DNA of 64,000 nucleotides from Eledone cirrhosa (Eukaryota): NCBI GenBank assembly GCA_964016885.1, contig OZ024750.1, positions 20,026,001 to 20,090,000 of the forward strand, read 5' to 3'. Shown piece by piece: positions 14,319 to 27,873 of this stretch (position 1 is its first letter; each line of letters starts with the position of its first letter). The notes under the pieces were generated by a model. It saw only the letters and a program-made list of their open reading frames with translations, ran no database searches and was not told where the DNA came from. The position numbers and the translations under genes were made by a program.

Positions 14319-15032
14319 TTTTATTTAAAACCACATAGACACTCACCATTGAACTGTGTATATAATGCTGAAATATGAGTTGGAATGTAAAGCATACTAC
14401 AATAAAAATTACGTATTAAGTATTTGGAAGATTTTAAATAGATTTTGTATTACGTATACTTCTTGAAAGTGTGAAAGTAAAAAAATAATTAACAATTATT
14501 TGATTACACATTTCAGTAGCCGTGCAAAATATGTACATACTTGAAATGTCAGGGTGAATTAGAGTAATATTTGAAAGGTCATTTTATGTTGTAAACTCTC
14601 GTCAAATGCAAATGTATAATATAATTGAGGTTGCTTTTGAAGTTTCTTAATAATACATCCGTGAAATAACGTTTTCCGTAAGTATTTGTGTTTTAGTGGG
14701 ATTATTTTTTTAATTATGTTCTTCAAAGGCTTCCCGAATGTGTTACTCTATTTAAATTAAGAAACATATATTCACATTTTTAGAGATGTATAGATTTGTA
14801 TATATAAATATATATACACATATAAACACACATACACACATACATACACACAAACAAACACACACATATATATATATACATATATATATGTATATATATA
14901 TATATATAAATATATATATGTATGTGTTTGTATAGGTACAAACACACACACACATACACAAGCACACACACGCACACACACACACCCACACATGCACCCC
15001 CCCCCCACACATATATATATATATATAAAATA

Positions 15033-15182
15033 AAATAGAATAAAATAAATAAGTCAAATGTTTAAAATTTAGCTTCGTTTCTTACTGCTATATATATTTC
15101 GGTGACAGGTCACCGAAATATATATAACAGTAATAAACGAAGCTACATTTTAAACATTTGACTTGTTTATTTTATTTTATTT
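15033..15182. repeat. ~150-bp hairpin hinged on CGGTGAC-AG-GTCACCG
   Basis: Arms are reverse complements around 15107-15108. The right arm begins stem-GAAA-TATATA-TA-ACAGT. Confidence 0.85.
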
Positions 15183-15695
15183 GACATTACTCCGGAGTAA
15201 CCAAACCAACCTGCGCACTTCGTCGAGTGCGCCAATCTGCATACTGAGGTGTAGGTATACAACCAACATATACTCAAAATTTATATATATATATATAATT
15301 GTGTAGACACAAGTTGCATTGCCTTTCCTTTAACACATATATATATAGAAACTATGTAGATGATAATGTCGGTAACTCATATTGTAAGTGAATACGCTAG
15401 TGATCAATATGTAATGTATGTGCTATAGTTATAACTGAAGACCATAGCAAAGAAAGACAAATATTATAGACTGTGTTTTGTTTTCTCTAGAATGAAGAGA
15501 TGAACCTGAAACATCAGTGCCCTACTTCTCTGCAATTCAAAAGTACCTAATATATATATATATGTACCTAACTACTTTGTAGCACCTAATATGGGTATAG
15601 GACTTGCCTTAACTCCTCACACTCAATACTAAAATAATTAAAAGACGTTCTTCCATTTATATGAGATGTCGTTATATGCATATGTGTGTGAGGTA

Positions 15696-15728
<33 letters not shown>

Positions 15729-15766
15729 TTCGTTTCTGAATTGGCAACATGACCCTCCCAAAGTAT

Positions 15767-15841
<75 letters not shown>

Positions 15842-15925
15842 TACATATATATGTGTGTGTGTATGTGTGTGAGTGTGTTTTTGTATATATGCATATATAA
15901 ACATATGTGTATATATATATGTGTG

Positions 15926-15993
<68 letters not shown>

Positions 15994-16461
15994 TGTGTGT
16001 GTGCATCGCGTTGTATATAAATACATATACTTATATAACGCTATACAATTTTGTCATAAATATTTCGAGATTTGTAATGGAAATCCATTAATATTGTTTT
16101 TGAATTCTCTTAACAAAGCTGTTGTAAGAATGATACAAATATATATTCTTTTATGAATTATACCTTATAACGTAATCGTGTTATTCAATATCATATGCAA
16201 CCAATTCTTCAGTATATAACTTTTGTATATGCGTGTATCTATTTTATATACATATATATATAATCTTTATTGATTAAACAAGCCAGCTGTTAAAATTGAA
16301 GATATATCGTGGTTCAAATTGTAAAGTTATTTGTTCTGTTAAAGCGGTGAAAGACCTAACAGAAAGAGATGTTATGAACAAAAGGTTTGTCTTTCATACA
16401 GAGAAAAATATACGTTTGTCATGTAGTACAGTTGCTGTGAAATGGCCACCTGTTAAATGCT

Positions 16462-16469
16462 TATATAAA
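16462..16469 (+). promoter_or_regulatory. TATA box of the secreted-protein gene
   Basis: TATATAAA lies ~50 bp upstream of the ATG at 16520, in otherwise non-microsatellite sequence. Confidence 0.6.
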
Positions 16470-16519
16470 CTTCACCCTATCACGGAATCTTCACCAATTG
16501 CCTCTTGCAATCAGTAATC

Positions 16520-19500
16520 ATGAAGGTTCAAGCCATCCTCGTCTTCCTCTGCGCTATTGCATACACACATGGTAAGTTGAAATACTTAATTTAAAACTAC
16601 AGTCGTTAGTTATTGTAGAAGTATGTACCGTGCTTTCTGTTACGATTTTCGTGCTCAGACATTTCGGAAGACATGTCACTTCTCATTTTATTCCGCGGAC
16701 ATCATAACTTGATTCCAGCGACAAAAGTGGATTGTGCTCACATTAGGCTGCCAATATCTTCAACGAACACCAATAAAATATGGAATTTGAACTCAGAATG
16801 CGATGCTTCGACTCAGCCGATTCAAATGCATTCATTTTCCATTTACGTTTTAACTTCAATATTTAGATTGACGGCAAACTGGCAACATTTTCAGAGCATT
16901 CAATTGAATGTCTTTATACTAGATCCGGAATTGTGCGGTCTCGATTCAAAACTCATCGAGATCCATGTTTTCGTTCTGGATAGATTAAGAAATAACATGC
17001 CCATCAGCTGTAGATTGTCGGATTATTTATTTAAATGTAAGACGGGATGGTTTGCCATATCCTTTTTAGTTGTGTGAGTTCTGCATTCAATACTCCATCT
17101 CCATTTTCACAACGAAAATATATTGACGAAGAAATGCGACCACCACATATTATTAGCTATGCAATGACGGACAAAAGCATAATTTCATTAGTTTGATCGA
17201 AACATCAGCTAATATGAACATTAAGTAAAGCTGAACATGAATGTCGGGACCTGTTTAAATAAACGGTTCTAGTTAAAACAAGTAAATTGACATGAGTAAA
17301 TTATTGATAAAAATACAACCTGCCTGAGATATGTGAATTCAAACCTTTAAATTTCCTTCAGTTGGAGTAACTGGTTTAGCATATAGTCGTTGCAATTCAG
17401 TGAAGTAAGACGCTTCTTATTCTGTCCATTTGGACCATGCGGTCACATCCAACTGGTGTTTTGCGAAGGGCGTGGTATGGTAATGCTGAAGTTCCTCTTT
17501 CAGCACATTTAACTTGCTCTCCTTGTGGTAACGTATACACTATATCGACCACTGAGTCCATGAAATAACAACCATGTCAGGTTCTTCATAGTAATATTAC
17601 AGTTAACATTGTCAGAAAACAATTAAATGAGTATCTCTTTTATAGGATCATGGGTTACATTAACTTACGTCTTTTAATATTTCTGCAAATATTACTAATT
17701 TCTTGTGAATTACTTTCTGAGTTGTAACTTATACTCGCGTAAGGAAAATGTGTATGTCATAGGATCATACTCAATTTATGTTACCTTATGATTACAGTAC
17801 ATTTTATCAATTCTGGTAACAATTTTAGAGAGAATAAAGGAACATCGAAAAACATGACTTTATCGTTATATTTCGAGTTCATGTTTTTATGTTCTGCATA
17901 TGGAGAAGCAATTTAAATTCGGAACCAAAACTTGACCTGAAAGCCTGAAACAGTGTCTTCTCCATCAAAGGGACGCATGAAAAAAAATGGTTTTGTTAAT
18001 AGTACTATTATTATATACGAATTGTTCGAACAGACAGTTATTTTACGTTATGTATCCTCGCTTTATATGATCCGAGATCAAACCTCGCTGTGACCAGCTT
18101 CTGCATTTATTTTTCCTGGACCGATTCATTTTACTATCTGCTGAATATTGGGGCTGACATAACCAAGTTTCACATTCTCAAGATGGCTACAGCTGTGCCT
18201 GAATTAGAAACTAATATCAATATCATCACATTGAAATTTAATATGTTTTAGTTGTAAATATGATATCATATATGATATATCATTTGTATTTAATTATTAA
18301 TTAACTAATCTTTCAAATACATATTTTTTCTATTGCAGCAGCCATCTCTGATATCCGTAAGTATTGTTTATATTTGAAATTTCAACTCCGATTAAGGGAA
18401 GTTTAATATTGTTTCAAATGCACAATATTATCTTATGTACATAAACATATTACAAATGTTGCATTCCTGTCCCTGAATAAGTTTTGTTAAGATATAATGA
18501 AGCTGTCTAACTCAGGTACCACCTAACATAGCAAGGAATATTTTCTAATTACTGAGGAAGCACGACTAAGTCTATATTTAGCTGCTTCTGTTAGCATATC
18601 GAATTCATTGAATGCACACAATTGTCAACAGAAGTCTGAAACCATTTGCTTTACAACCACTCGCCAAAATATCGAATAAAAGTAAATTTCTTACGATTTT
18701 AGATAATTTCAAGGAACTAAAATGTCCTTGGCATTTGAATTAATCACATATGCCAAGCATTGAGATCTACCATCTGCTAGGATTACTAAGACTGGCATTT
18801 CAGTCGAAAGTTTAAAGCGGAATTATGAGAAACAAATATATAATCCAGAGTTTGATATTCCAATGGTTTAGAGAAGAATTAAAATGAATAATATAGATAA
18901 TTTCCTATCCCTTATCATAATCAATCGACTTGCGCTGCAAATACATATATTTACATACCAATTTTTGCACACTATTTACAGGCATTTATTGTTAAGTGAT
19001 ATAATGAATAAATAACTATTTATTGGAAATTATTGTTTTAAATGAAATGGTGTGACATATTAAAAATAAACAACATACGTGAAACAGATTTTAATAATAT
19101 ACATTCATTGAAATAACATTTTAAAATATTGATATTGCCTATAAAACTGAAACCAACCTCGGTTCTAGAGTATTAAACTGTTTAGGTTAGGGAATTTTGC
19201 TCATCTAAAGTATTCCGTCATGAATTTATATAGTAACGGTATATCCAAACGCAAGCTTCATAATGATATAAGTAGTTATATCACATCAGTTCTCTTATAA
19301 AATAATTGAAATGCATAGCCATATGGTAAAAACAAATGAAAGTGCCCATATTCATATAAAACAATTCCATAATGATTTTTTAAAAAACAAATATCTTATC
19401 ATACGGTCCAAACCCGATGTAGCAATGAGAACGTTGGCATTTTCAAATCATAATAATTTATTGATTATTTTCAAAGGTTTTTGAAAATCATTGGCAGTTT

Positions 19501-20464
19501 CCTTCATTAGAAATATAGCAAGAAATGGCTTAACATTAGCAGCTTAACATTATAATTTAAAATGCCTCCAAATACTTGATTCAGTTTTAAATCTACTGAG
19601 TCAGCCCGTTCATTTTATATTTTCCCTTTCTATATATTGTAGTTGATCGTGTCCCAGCAGGATCACGTATGTATTCACTGATTTATTATCTAAATTAATA
19701 TTTTAATTAGTAAAACGTTGAGAACATTGAATAATTATAATTTCATAATTACTTTCGTAAACATTATATACATACATATATACCTATTATACGTATATTT
19801 CCATAACATTCTCATAAGAGAATCTCACGAGTAATATATGTATTTGATAATTTAACACACACATTTATATGTGTGAGTATATATATATATATATATATGT
19901 GCATATATCTATATTTTCTATCTCTCTATCTCTCTCTATATATATATGCTGGCTGCAACTCGATTTCGAGAAATGCCATCACTTGCTACTTAATCATGAG
20001 CATCAGGTATGTCACTTTTTAGTCCGGCTAGGGACTTGCCCATGGTCAGCAATAACATGCACTGCAACATATATCCCATCTCAAGCGATGCTTGGGCTTG
20101 AAGCTTTTTTAAGTGAAGAAATGCTTTACTTCGGGCCAATCCCACTCTACGAACATTGAATGCGTTTGCCCCAAAAGAAGTCGCAGGTTTTATATCACAG
20201 TAACCTTCTCCTAATGAAGAATAGGAGTCTCTTCCTCCATAAAAACACCTTATTTGATGGCCATTGACTCTCCTGAGTTCTTCTGCCCTTTGGCAGGTTT
20301 TGCTTTTCATCTAAGAGGGTGTCCAAATATCACCCCATCACCAAACAAGCTTGGTGGGATTAGCGATTTAGTCGCCTACACACCGATCATGCACAGTTTA
20401 GACTGGGTTACATGTTACCAGCAGCGCTGTAGAACGACCAGGCACATATATATGTATATATATA

Positions 20465-20523
<59 letters not shown>

Positions 20524-21578
20524 GTGTGCGTGTGTGTGCGTATGTGTGTGTGTAAATACCTATTTGCTTGTATGGTTGAGCATCTGTGCGGGCGTAAAGA
20601 TATCAGTTAAGGAACAACACGATTTCAATTTTCGTTATATGTTATTTCTCATTACTCTCTCAATACATCTTACTCTCAACCCACCTCTCTCTCTCTCCTC
20701 TCGATGTCTCTCTCTCATATGCCATTAATTAATTGGCTAGATTTCTTTAATGAAATATAACATTAAAACTATATTTTATTCATAGGTTTTGCCAAGGCAA
20801 AGAATGGATTGGAAACTGCAGGTATGGTGATAGGTGAAGCAAGAGCAATGTGGTCTCGTAATAGTGCGAAAGACATCGTTAAGACCAAGCAGATCCCTTA
20901 CCACTGCACTTTGGCCGCCAGTTATGGTAACCTTACAGGTGCAACAATCAAGGCTATGGACAAAGAGCTGCAAGTAAGTTAATGTTAAATTCATAACACT
21001 AGTTATATGTATAATTATTGGATGCAACAAGCGTGTGAAATGTTAAGCAAACACATGATACACGCCTTTGAGGTATTCGTTCCAATTCTTTATGTTCTGA
21101 ATTCAAATTCAGCCGCGATCACCCTTTCATCATTTCGAAATCAATAAAATAATGTTGCGGCGAATTACTGCAGTCAATGTACTCAACTGCATTTCCCTTC
21201 AAATTGCAAGCTTTTTATTTAACTTAGACACCATTATTATTACATCATAGGGCGGTAGATTGGCAGTATCGGTAGAGGGCCAGACGCCATGCTTTGAAGC
21301 AAAGGGTTACGGCCATTTATGATCTGAGTTCAAATCCCGCCGAGGCTAACTTTGCCTGTCATCCTGGCGGAGTGGATAACATAAAGTACCGGTAATACAC
21401 TGGGATAATTGGGGGCTTTGTGCCAAAAGTATAAACAATTATTATTACATCATCGAAATACATATATTTGGATAACATTTTTACGGAATACACACTTTTC
21501 TAATTGTATAATATAAATACCAACACCACACAAACACACACACAAACACACGCACGCACATACATACAATTAACAGAC

Positions 21579-21647
<69 letters not shown>

Positions 21648-22857
21648 CATGTGTGTGTGTATGTGTGTGCGCGCATGTGTGTGTGTGTATGTTTGTACAT
21701 TTGTATACGTGTGTGTGATTGTATTCGAAAAATACTAAAATATATATATTTTTTCAATTGAATCTCTTCTTAAACAATGTTTATTCTTTTACTCAGATTA
21801 TGATCGCCGGAACCAACAAATTGATGAGAAAGTTGCGAGAGACAAACAAGGACGGTAACATCACATTTGATACATATGTAAATACCATGAAACAAAACGC
21901 GTTTGTCGTTTCCGATGATACTGAAGATGTTGTTCAGAGCAGCTTCAAAGGATTCGGATCGTTCCGATTTGCACAAAACTCCGTTGATGAAAGCATTGTA
22001 AGTCATTAGTGTTTAACTCCTTTATTAGTGTTAGTATTCGGGCTCAGACCATTATGTGGCAGGTCTTACAATCGTTGAAAAACATTAAAACAAATATTTG
22101 AGATTTGAATCATTTTATTAATGTCATAACCGCTGTCTCAATTTGTCAGGAAGATATAAAAATTAAATCAACAACAAAGACATGAATGGGGAGATAAATA
22201 ACAACTAATTGAGTAATAGGGATGGGGAAGATGTTACACACTTGGTTGAAAATATAGCAGTGTAGCACCCTCAACCCAATCTAGATGGCCAAATGTTGCC
22301 ACGTAGAACCAGGGATATTCGCTGCATCAGCTGTTACAGGCGAGACACTCACCAGGTGATTTCGAATTTGATTCTACAACTTAACGTTCAATAAATAAAA
22401 AAAAAAAATATATATATGTATATAAATGAAAATAGAGAAATTAATGTGAGCGAGAAGCCAACAGTATTTCATAATATATAAGTTACTATAACGTCAAGAT
22501 GGAAAATATTTAACGTAAGATATGCGAAAATAATTCAAACTCAATTCAAAATAATCAAGACATATATATATAAATCAAGATATATATATATATATAAATA
22601 TGCAGTCCACCATTTGCCTCCATCATGGATCAACTAAGCACCCTTGCTATATTATCACATTTTGATCTGCTTATCTTCAAGAACTATGCCTGTAAATAAC
22701 ATTATTTTTTTCTTTTCACTTCATAAACCTTGTTTGTAAACAATATTATTCTTTCTTCACCATTTCTTGAACATGTCCAACACCACCATTCTACACCAAT
22801 ACATATTATTATTATTTGATAATGCATAAAAATGCTGAAACCGGTAATAGACAATTA

Positions 22858-22889
<32 letters not shown>

Positions 22890-24233
22890 ATGCCATTGTT
22901 AAGAAATAAGTAAATCAACTAATAGCTTAACACTTCACACAAAGTAAAATATTTCATTTTAATCATTTTCTAACCCAGAAAAAAAAGAGATAAAAAAATA
23001 AAAAGGGAACAAAATATATTTTTCTACCTAATAATCGTGTCTTTATATATATATATATATATAATGTCTAGAGCCGGTAAAATTCCCGAGATCCATGGAC
23101 GAATTCTCTACAGTGATCTCTGTACTTCATCATCACCGCCATGAATATATAATCATGTGATTAGAATCCGATAGTACGATTTGAAAATTGAATTGAATTA
23201 GTGTTGATTGTTGAATGTATATTGAATAAATTCATTTTGGTTTCTCCTCTTCTAAGGTAAATGAAGTTGCTGACTGGTTTGCAAACGAACTCATCCAAGA
23301 TCCAGATATTTTATCAGCCACTAGAATCAACATTGTTGATTTTGCAAATATTGTTGGTCTCACTGGTGCAACAATTGAGAGTTTGGAACATCTGATCATG
23401 AAAACCGACTACGCTGAACGTAGTGTTGTTGATGTTGGTCTCCTTCGTTATCCTGATCCAGAACATCCTTACTTCAAGGTAAGGTTCTATCGGTTTCGAA
23501 ATTGTATACGTGTAGACACAAAATATCAAACTGTTTACACACAGATGTTATACAATGATGGAAATATTAAATAAAACATAAAAAAAATATGATTAATGAA
23601 AACTAAGACGGGCTAAACAAGGGTGGATTTAGCTGTATTGGTAAGTACAGGAAAGAAGTATAAATACCGTAATTGCAAAATTTTGAATGCTTCGAGATTT
23701 TGATTAGATCAGTACGCATCTTTGAGGGAATCCAACTCTCACATTTAATGGTTTTGATTTAGTACCATTTATCCGAAAACAAATACTCGAGCGTACTTAT
23801 AGAGACATCAGAGCAGCGAGAAACTGACAATCAATACTATACACCTGCAGAGCCTTTTACAGCAAGTCCCGAGTAACGCAGTCGCATACATTTTCAAGGT
23901 CGACAAAACAAGTATATACTTTTTGGCAATATTCCACGATATCTCGGAAGGAATCTGCGCAATTCAGTAACTAATTAGTCACTGATGTTTTATTAAATAA
24001 ATAATGATTCCTCATACTACGATTATTTCTATTTTCTGTTTCAGCTTTTCCGTATCCAATTGTTTGCCTATAGAGAGAGCAAAAGAATACTGATGGTGCA
24101 GAAAGACTCAAGTGGAATCCGAGGTGTGTATGAGTCAAAGGTATTTAGACCCAATGATACCATCATGAATAAATTGAGAGAGGATATCAAAATCAAAGCC
24201 ATGAAATCAGCACAAGGAATGTTTGAAGCTTAA
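16520..24233 (+). CDS. 7-exon gene for a 297-aa secreted protein of unknown function (possibly Cyt/volvatoxin-like fold). Exons 16520-16571, 18339-18356, 19643-19666, 20786-20973, 21797-21997, 23257-23478, 24045-24233
   Basis: All six introns are GT-AG with strong donors (GTAAGT x4, GTATGT, GTAAGG). Phases 1,1,1,0,0,0 join into an uninterrupted 894-nt ORF: [298 protein letters not shown]-terminal signal peptide, upstream TATA, downstream AATAAA. Confidence 0.9.
21250..21446 (+). mobile_element. SINE family 1 (intron 4)
   Basis: GGCGGTAGATTGGCAGTATCGGTAG...GAGTTCAAATCCCGCCGAGG...TGTGCCAAAAGTATAAACAATTATT. Confidence 0.85.
22812..22850 (+). ncRNA. Minimal hammerhead-like motif with U3-A8 core in a PLE-like relic (intron 5)
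   Basis: TTAT-TTGATAA-T-GCAT-AAAA-ATGC-T-GAA-ACCGGT-A-ATAG: stem II, palindromic stem III ACCGGT, GUA triplet and a short stem I. Confidence 0.5.
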
Positions 24234-24286
24234 ACAATTGTTGACAATTATCTTTGAATCTTTTCCAATGTTGAAAAGTTATAGGA

Positions 24287-24292
24287 AATAAA
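24287..24292 (+). promoter_or_regulatory. Polyadenylation signal
   Basis: AATAAA 54 nt after the stop codon, followed by ATTAAA at 24295-24300. Confidence 0.65.
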
Positions 24293-24769
24293 CTATTAAA
24301 AAAACAATATTTCCCTGCGTTTATTGTGATATATATTCATATAGAAATCGAAGCGATTGTCTGTCAGACTGGCTCACAGAATGACTGTCTGTCTGCTAGT
24401 CTGGCTAGCAGTCGTGTGTGTTTCGCGGGTTTGTTGTTTGGTGGGTTTGTTTTCTGGTGGGTTTGTTGTCTAGCTGGTTCGCTGTCTGTCAAAGGCTGGA
24501 TGATAGACTAGTTAACTCTCGGATGAAGGTAACCTGATAGGTTAGTTTCATGGGAGGTGTTAGAGCCGACTTAGCTATGCAACTGGCTGGTTGACTGACG
24601 GGATCATTATTTGGGGGATTGCGTAGTTATTGGGACGATTAGCTGCCTGAATTGGTTAACTGGCGTATAGGTTTGTTGTGCATCTTGACTAGTTTCCTCA
24701 TTGGTTGCCTAACTGGTAGCTTCATTAAATGTTTAACGTCGCCTGGGATTTGCAGTCGGCATTGCAATA

Positions 24770-25130
24770 CGGAATTGGACAGATGGTGATCTTGCTGGAA
24801 TTTATACATTTGATTCCGTGTGCTGCATGTCTAAATCAAAAATCAATGCTGAAAAACTGAGACAATCGCACTTTCAAAGAAGCTTGCGCAGGTGGAGAAT
24901 TTCAAGTATCTCGGGTCCGAGTGATGGAAAGCAAGTGGCTGAATTAAGTGCTAGAATTGCATGAGGTGTTGCAGTAATTCACCTGCTTCGGCATTCGGTA
25001 ATGAGAAGATAGTATGCCGATGTAGTGGCGTAATTCACTATCTTCAATGAGGTATTAGTACCAACGCATACCCGTAGCCTTGAATCCTGGGAACTGAAGT
25101 ATACGATCGTGAATAAAAGCAGCCGTAATG
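24770..25130 (+). mobile_element. Degenerate RTE-like LINE reverse-transcriptase fragment
   Basis: KINAEK.., LAQVENFKYLGS, ELSARIA and FNEVLVPT...ESW motifs, with frameshifts. Confidence 0.65.
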
Positions 25131-25231
25131 TGGACTCTCTTCCTCCTCCGAAGAAAATGTAGAACGAAATCTGTTTCGTTTTCCTTATTCAAAATAAAAT
25201 ATTTGAAATAAATGTATTATTTGCCAGATGA

Positions 25232-25451
25232 AGGGCGGTGGATTGTCAGTATCGGTAGAGGGTTGGACCCCTTACTATGCAGCATCGAGTTACGTCCCTG
25301 TATGTTCTGAGTTCAAATCATGTCAAGGTTAACTGCCTGTTATGCTTACGGGGCCGATAAAATAAAGTTCCAGTCATTCACTTGGCTCGATTTAATCGAT
25401 TTTCCCCTCTTCCAAAATAGCTGGCCATGTGCCTATATCAGTAACTATTAT
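25232..25451 (+). mobile_element. SINE family 1 (longer variant)
   Basis: GGGCGGTGGATTGTCAGTATCGGTAG...GAGTTCAAATC...GGCCATGTGCC. Confidence 0.8.
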
Positions 25452-26511
25452 TTGACAGATGAGATTTAGCGATCGCTCGTCGTAGAAGTTATAACAATAA
25501 TATCAACAATATGGACTATGCCCCAATGCTTAGTGAAATCCTCGCATCCAATAACTTTTATTTCAATGTGCTTTCCAAAGAAGGTCATCGCATTTGAATA
25601 TATATATTTTGTTCGTTACATACCTATGAAAATATTTATATTTAAGAATATTTTGCAATTTGTATATCACTGAAATATGGCTAATTTGTATCATATTTAC
25701 TTTTGTACAGCATATATGAATTTCGGGTTACGGAAAACGTCTTGTTATGCATAGTAATTAATACATTTTGCTACAAACCGTTTTCATGAATTGATATTAT
25801 TTTAAGATACATATGTTCCAAACTGATCTTTGATCTAAGGATATCATGATTTGATCACAGATGATTAAAACTGATAGTGCAGAGAGACGAAAGAAATGTG
25901 ACAATCTATTGTGTCTTAAATGCTAATACTCTGCCAAACAGACGCTTGCATCACGTACTATAGATCATGAGAAGCAGTAGAATATAATCAGTTACATAAA
26001 CAACACTAACTATACAGAGAAACAAATAGTTTAAAACATAAGAACATAACACAATGAGAATCATTATTATGCTTTGAGAAATATTCATCTTATGTACTAG
26101 ATTTCTTGAAAACCATTCTCAAGAATGTTTCACAGTTACACATGCGATATGTATGCATTGCGCAAAAAAGAAACCAAAGACAACAGAAGCAAGTTATAAG
26201 AAATACTAATATACTTAGCAGGTGTTGTAGCTTCTGTATCGTAAGACGCCGGCAGTATTAATATGGTAGTGATTGGAAGATAATATTTACTTCACTAACA
26301 TAAAAGACATTCAGGATTATATTTACATTTATCTCTAACAAATTTTCCAGAATGTTCGGGGCATGTTTAATCATATTTTTAAAAATATACCTATGAAGTC
26401 AGTTAGATGTACTATGATAACTTTTTGGGGTATAACAATACAAACCCAGACATACACACATGAACACGTGCTGATGCACACATGTAACATAATCTCTCTC
26501 TCTTCCTCTCA

Positions 26512-26569
<58 letters not shown>

Positions 26570-26742
26570 CCAAAATCTCTGAAGAAGTGACAACTGATTA
26601 TACATTTGCTATCGAATACTTGCTAACATTATATGATTACGCAAGCAGAGATGCATAGGTATTCCGTCTGTTACAGAAACATATGTCAATACCTAATAAA
26701 TTCCTTAAAAAAAAAGCACTTTCATTGTATATTCATCTTTTC

Positions 26743-26798
<56 letters not shown>

Positions 26799-27049
26799 AA
26801 TGTATGAAATGTATGTATATATAGTAAGGGCGTGTGTCCGTCCGTTCACTCAAACATTTGAAGATTACCTATCATAACTTTGTTAGTGAATGTTTAAAGT
26901 TCACTTCAGAATGTTCAGGTGAAAATAAATATTTGTGTATAGAAGTACCCTTGAAGTTAGTCTTTACAAAATGTATATAAATATATACACACACACACAC
27001 ATATATATATATATATCGATCGACTTTCGTCAAATCGGACCGACAAACA

Positions 27050-27492
<443 letters not shown>

Positions 27493-27873
27493 GAAACACA
27501 CAGATACATGCGGACACACACATATATACATGAATGCATCCGTACCCAACTGTGCATTCATGTATATATGTGTGTGTCCGCATGTATCTGTGTGTTTCTA
27601 AATATATTGTTAATAACTCCCTCTGGTCGAGCAATCTTTGAAGTGTGGGGACAACTGGAAAGCTTCCATTACTCATACTTCTAGCCTTCTTCACCACCTC
27701 TTCTGCGGCCTCGATATGAATACCCCCTCCGCCTCCGTGGTATTTTCTTCGTGGTTATAAGAGGCTTAGCTCTGTTTCTCGACCGTTATATCGCGTGACT
27801 ATCTCCCCCTCCGCCTTTTGGGATTCTTTCTCACGTCGTGTAGACGCGTTCTTGAGACTAGTAAAATGAGGTA

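Noticed and set aside
17380-17585. Possible LINE endonuclease remnant ([13 protein letters not shown], minus strand)
   Set aside because: Too degenerate to call by eye.
19940-20440. GC-richer intronic segment with 96-118 aa ORFs
   Set aside because: No recognisable motif or splice-consistent frame. Probably an old retroelement remnant, but not supportable.
21719-23574. ORF-track entries 21719-22009 and 23383-23574 as standalone genes
   Set aside because: They overlap exons 5 and 6 of the spliced gene and read into introns.
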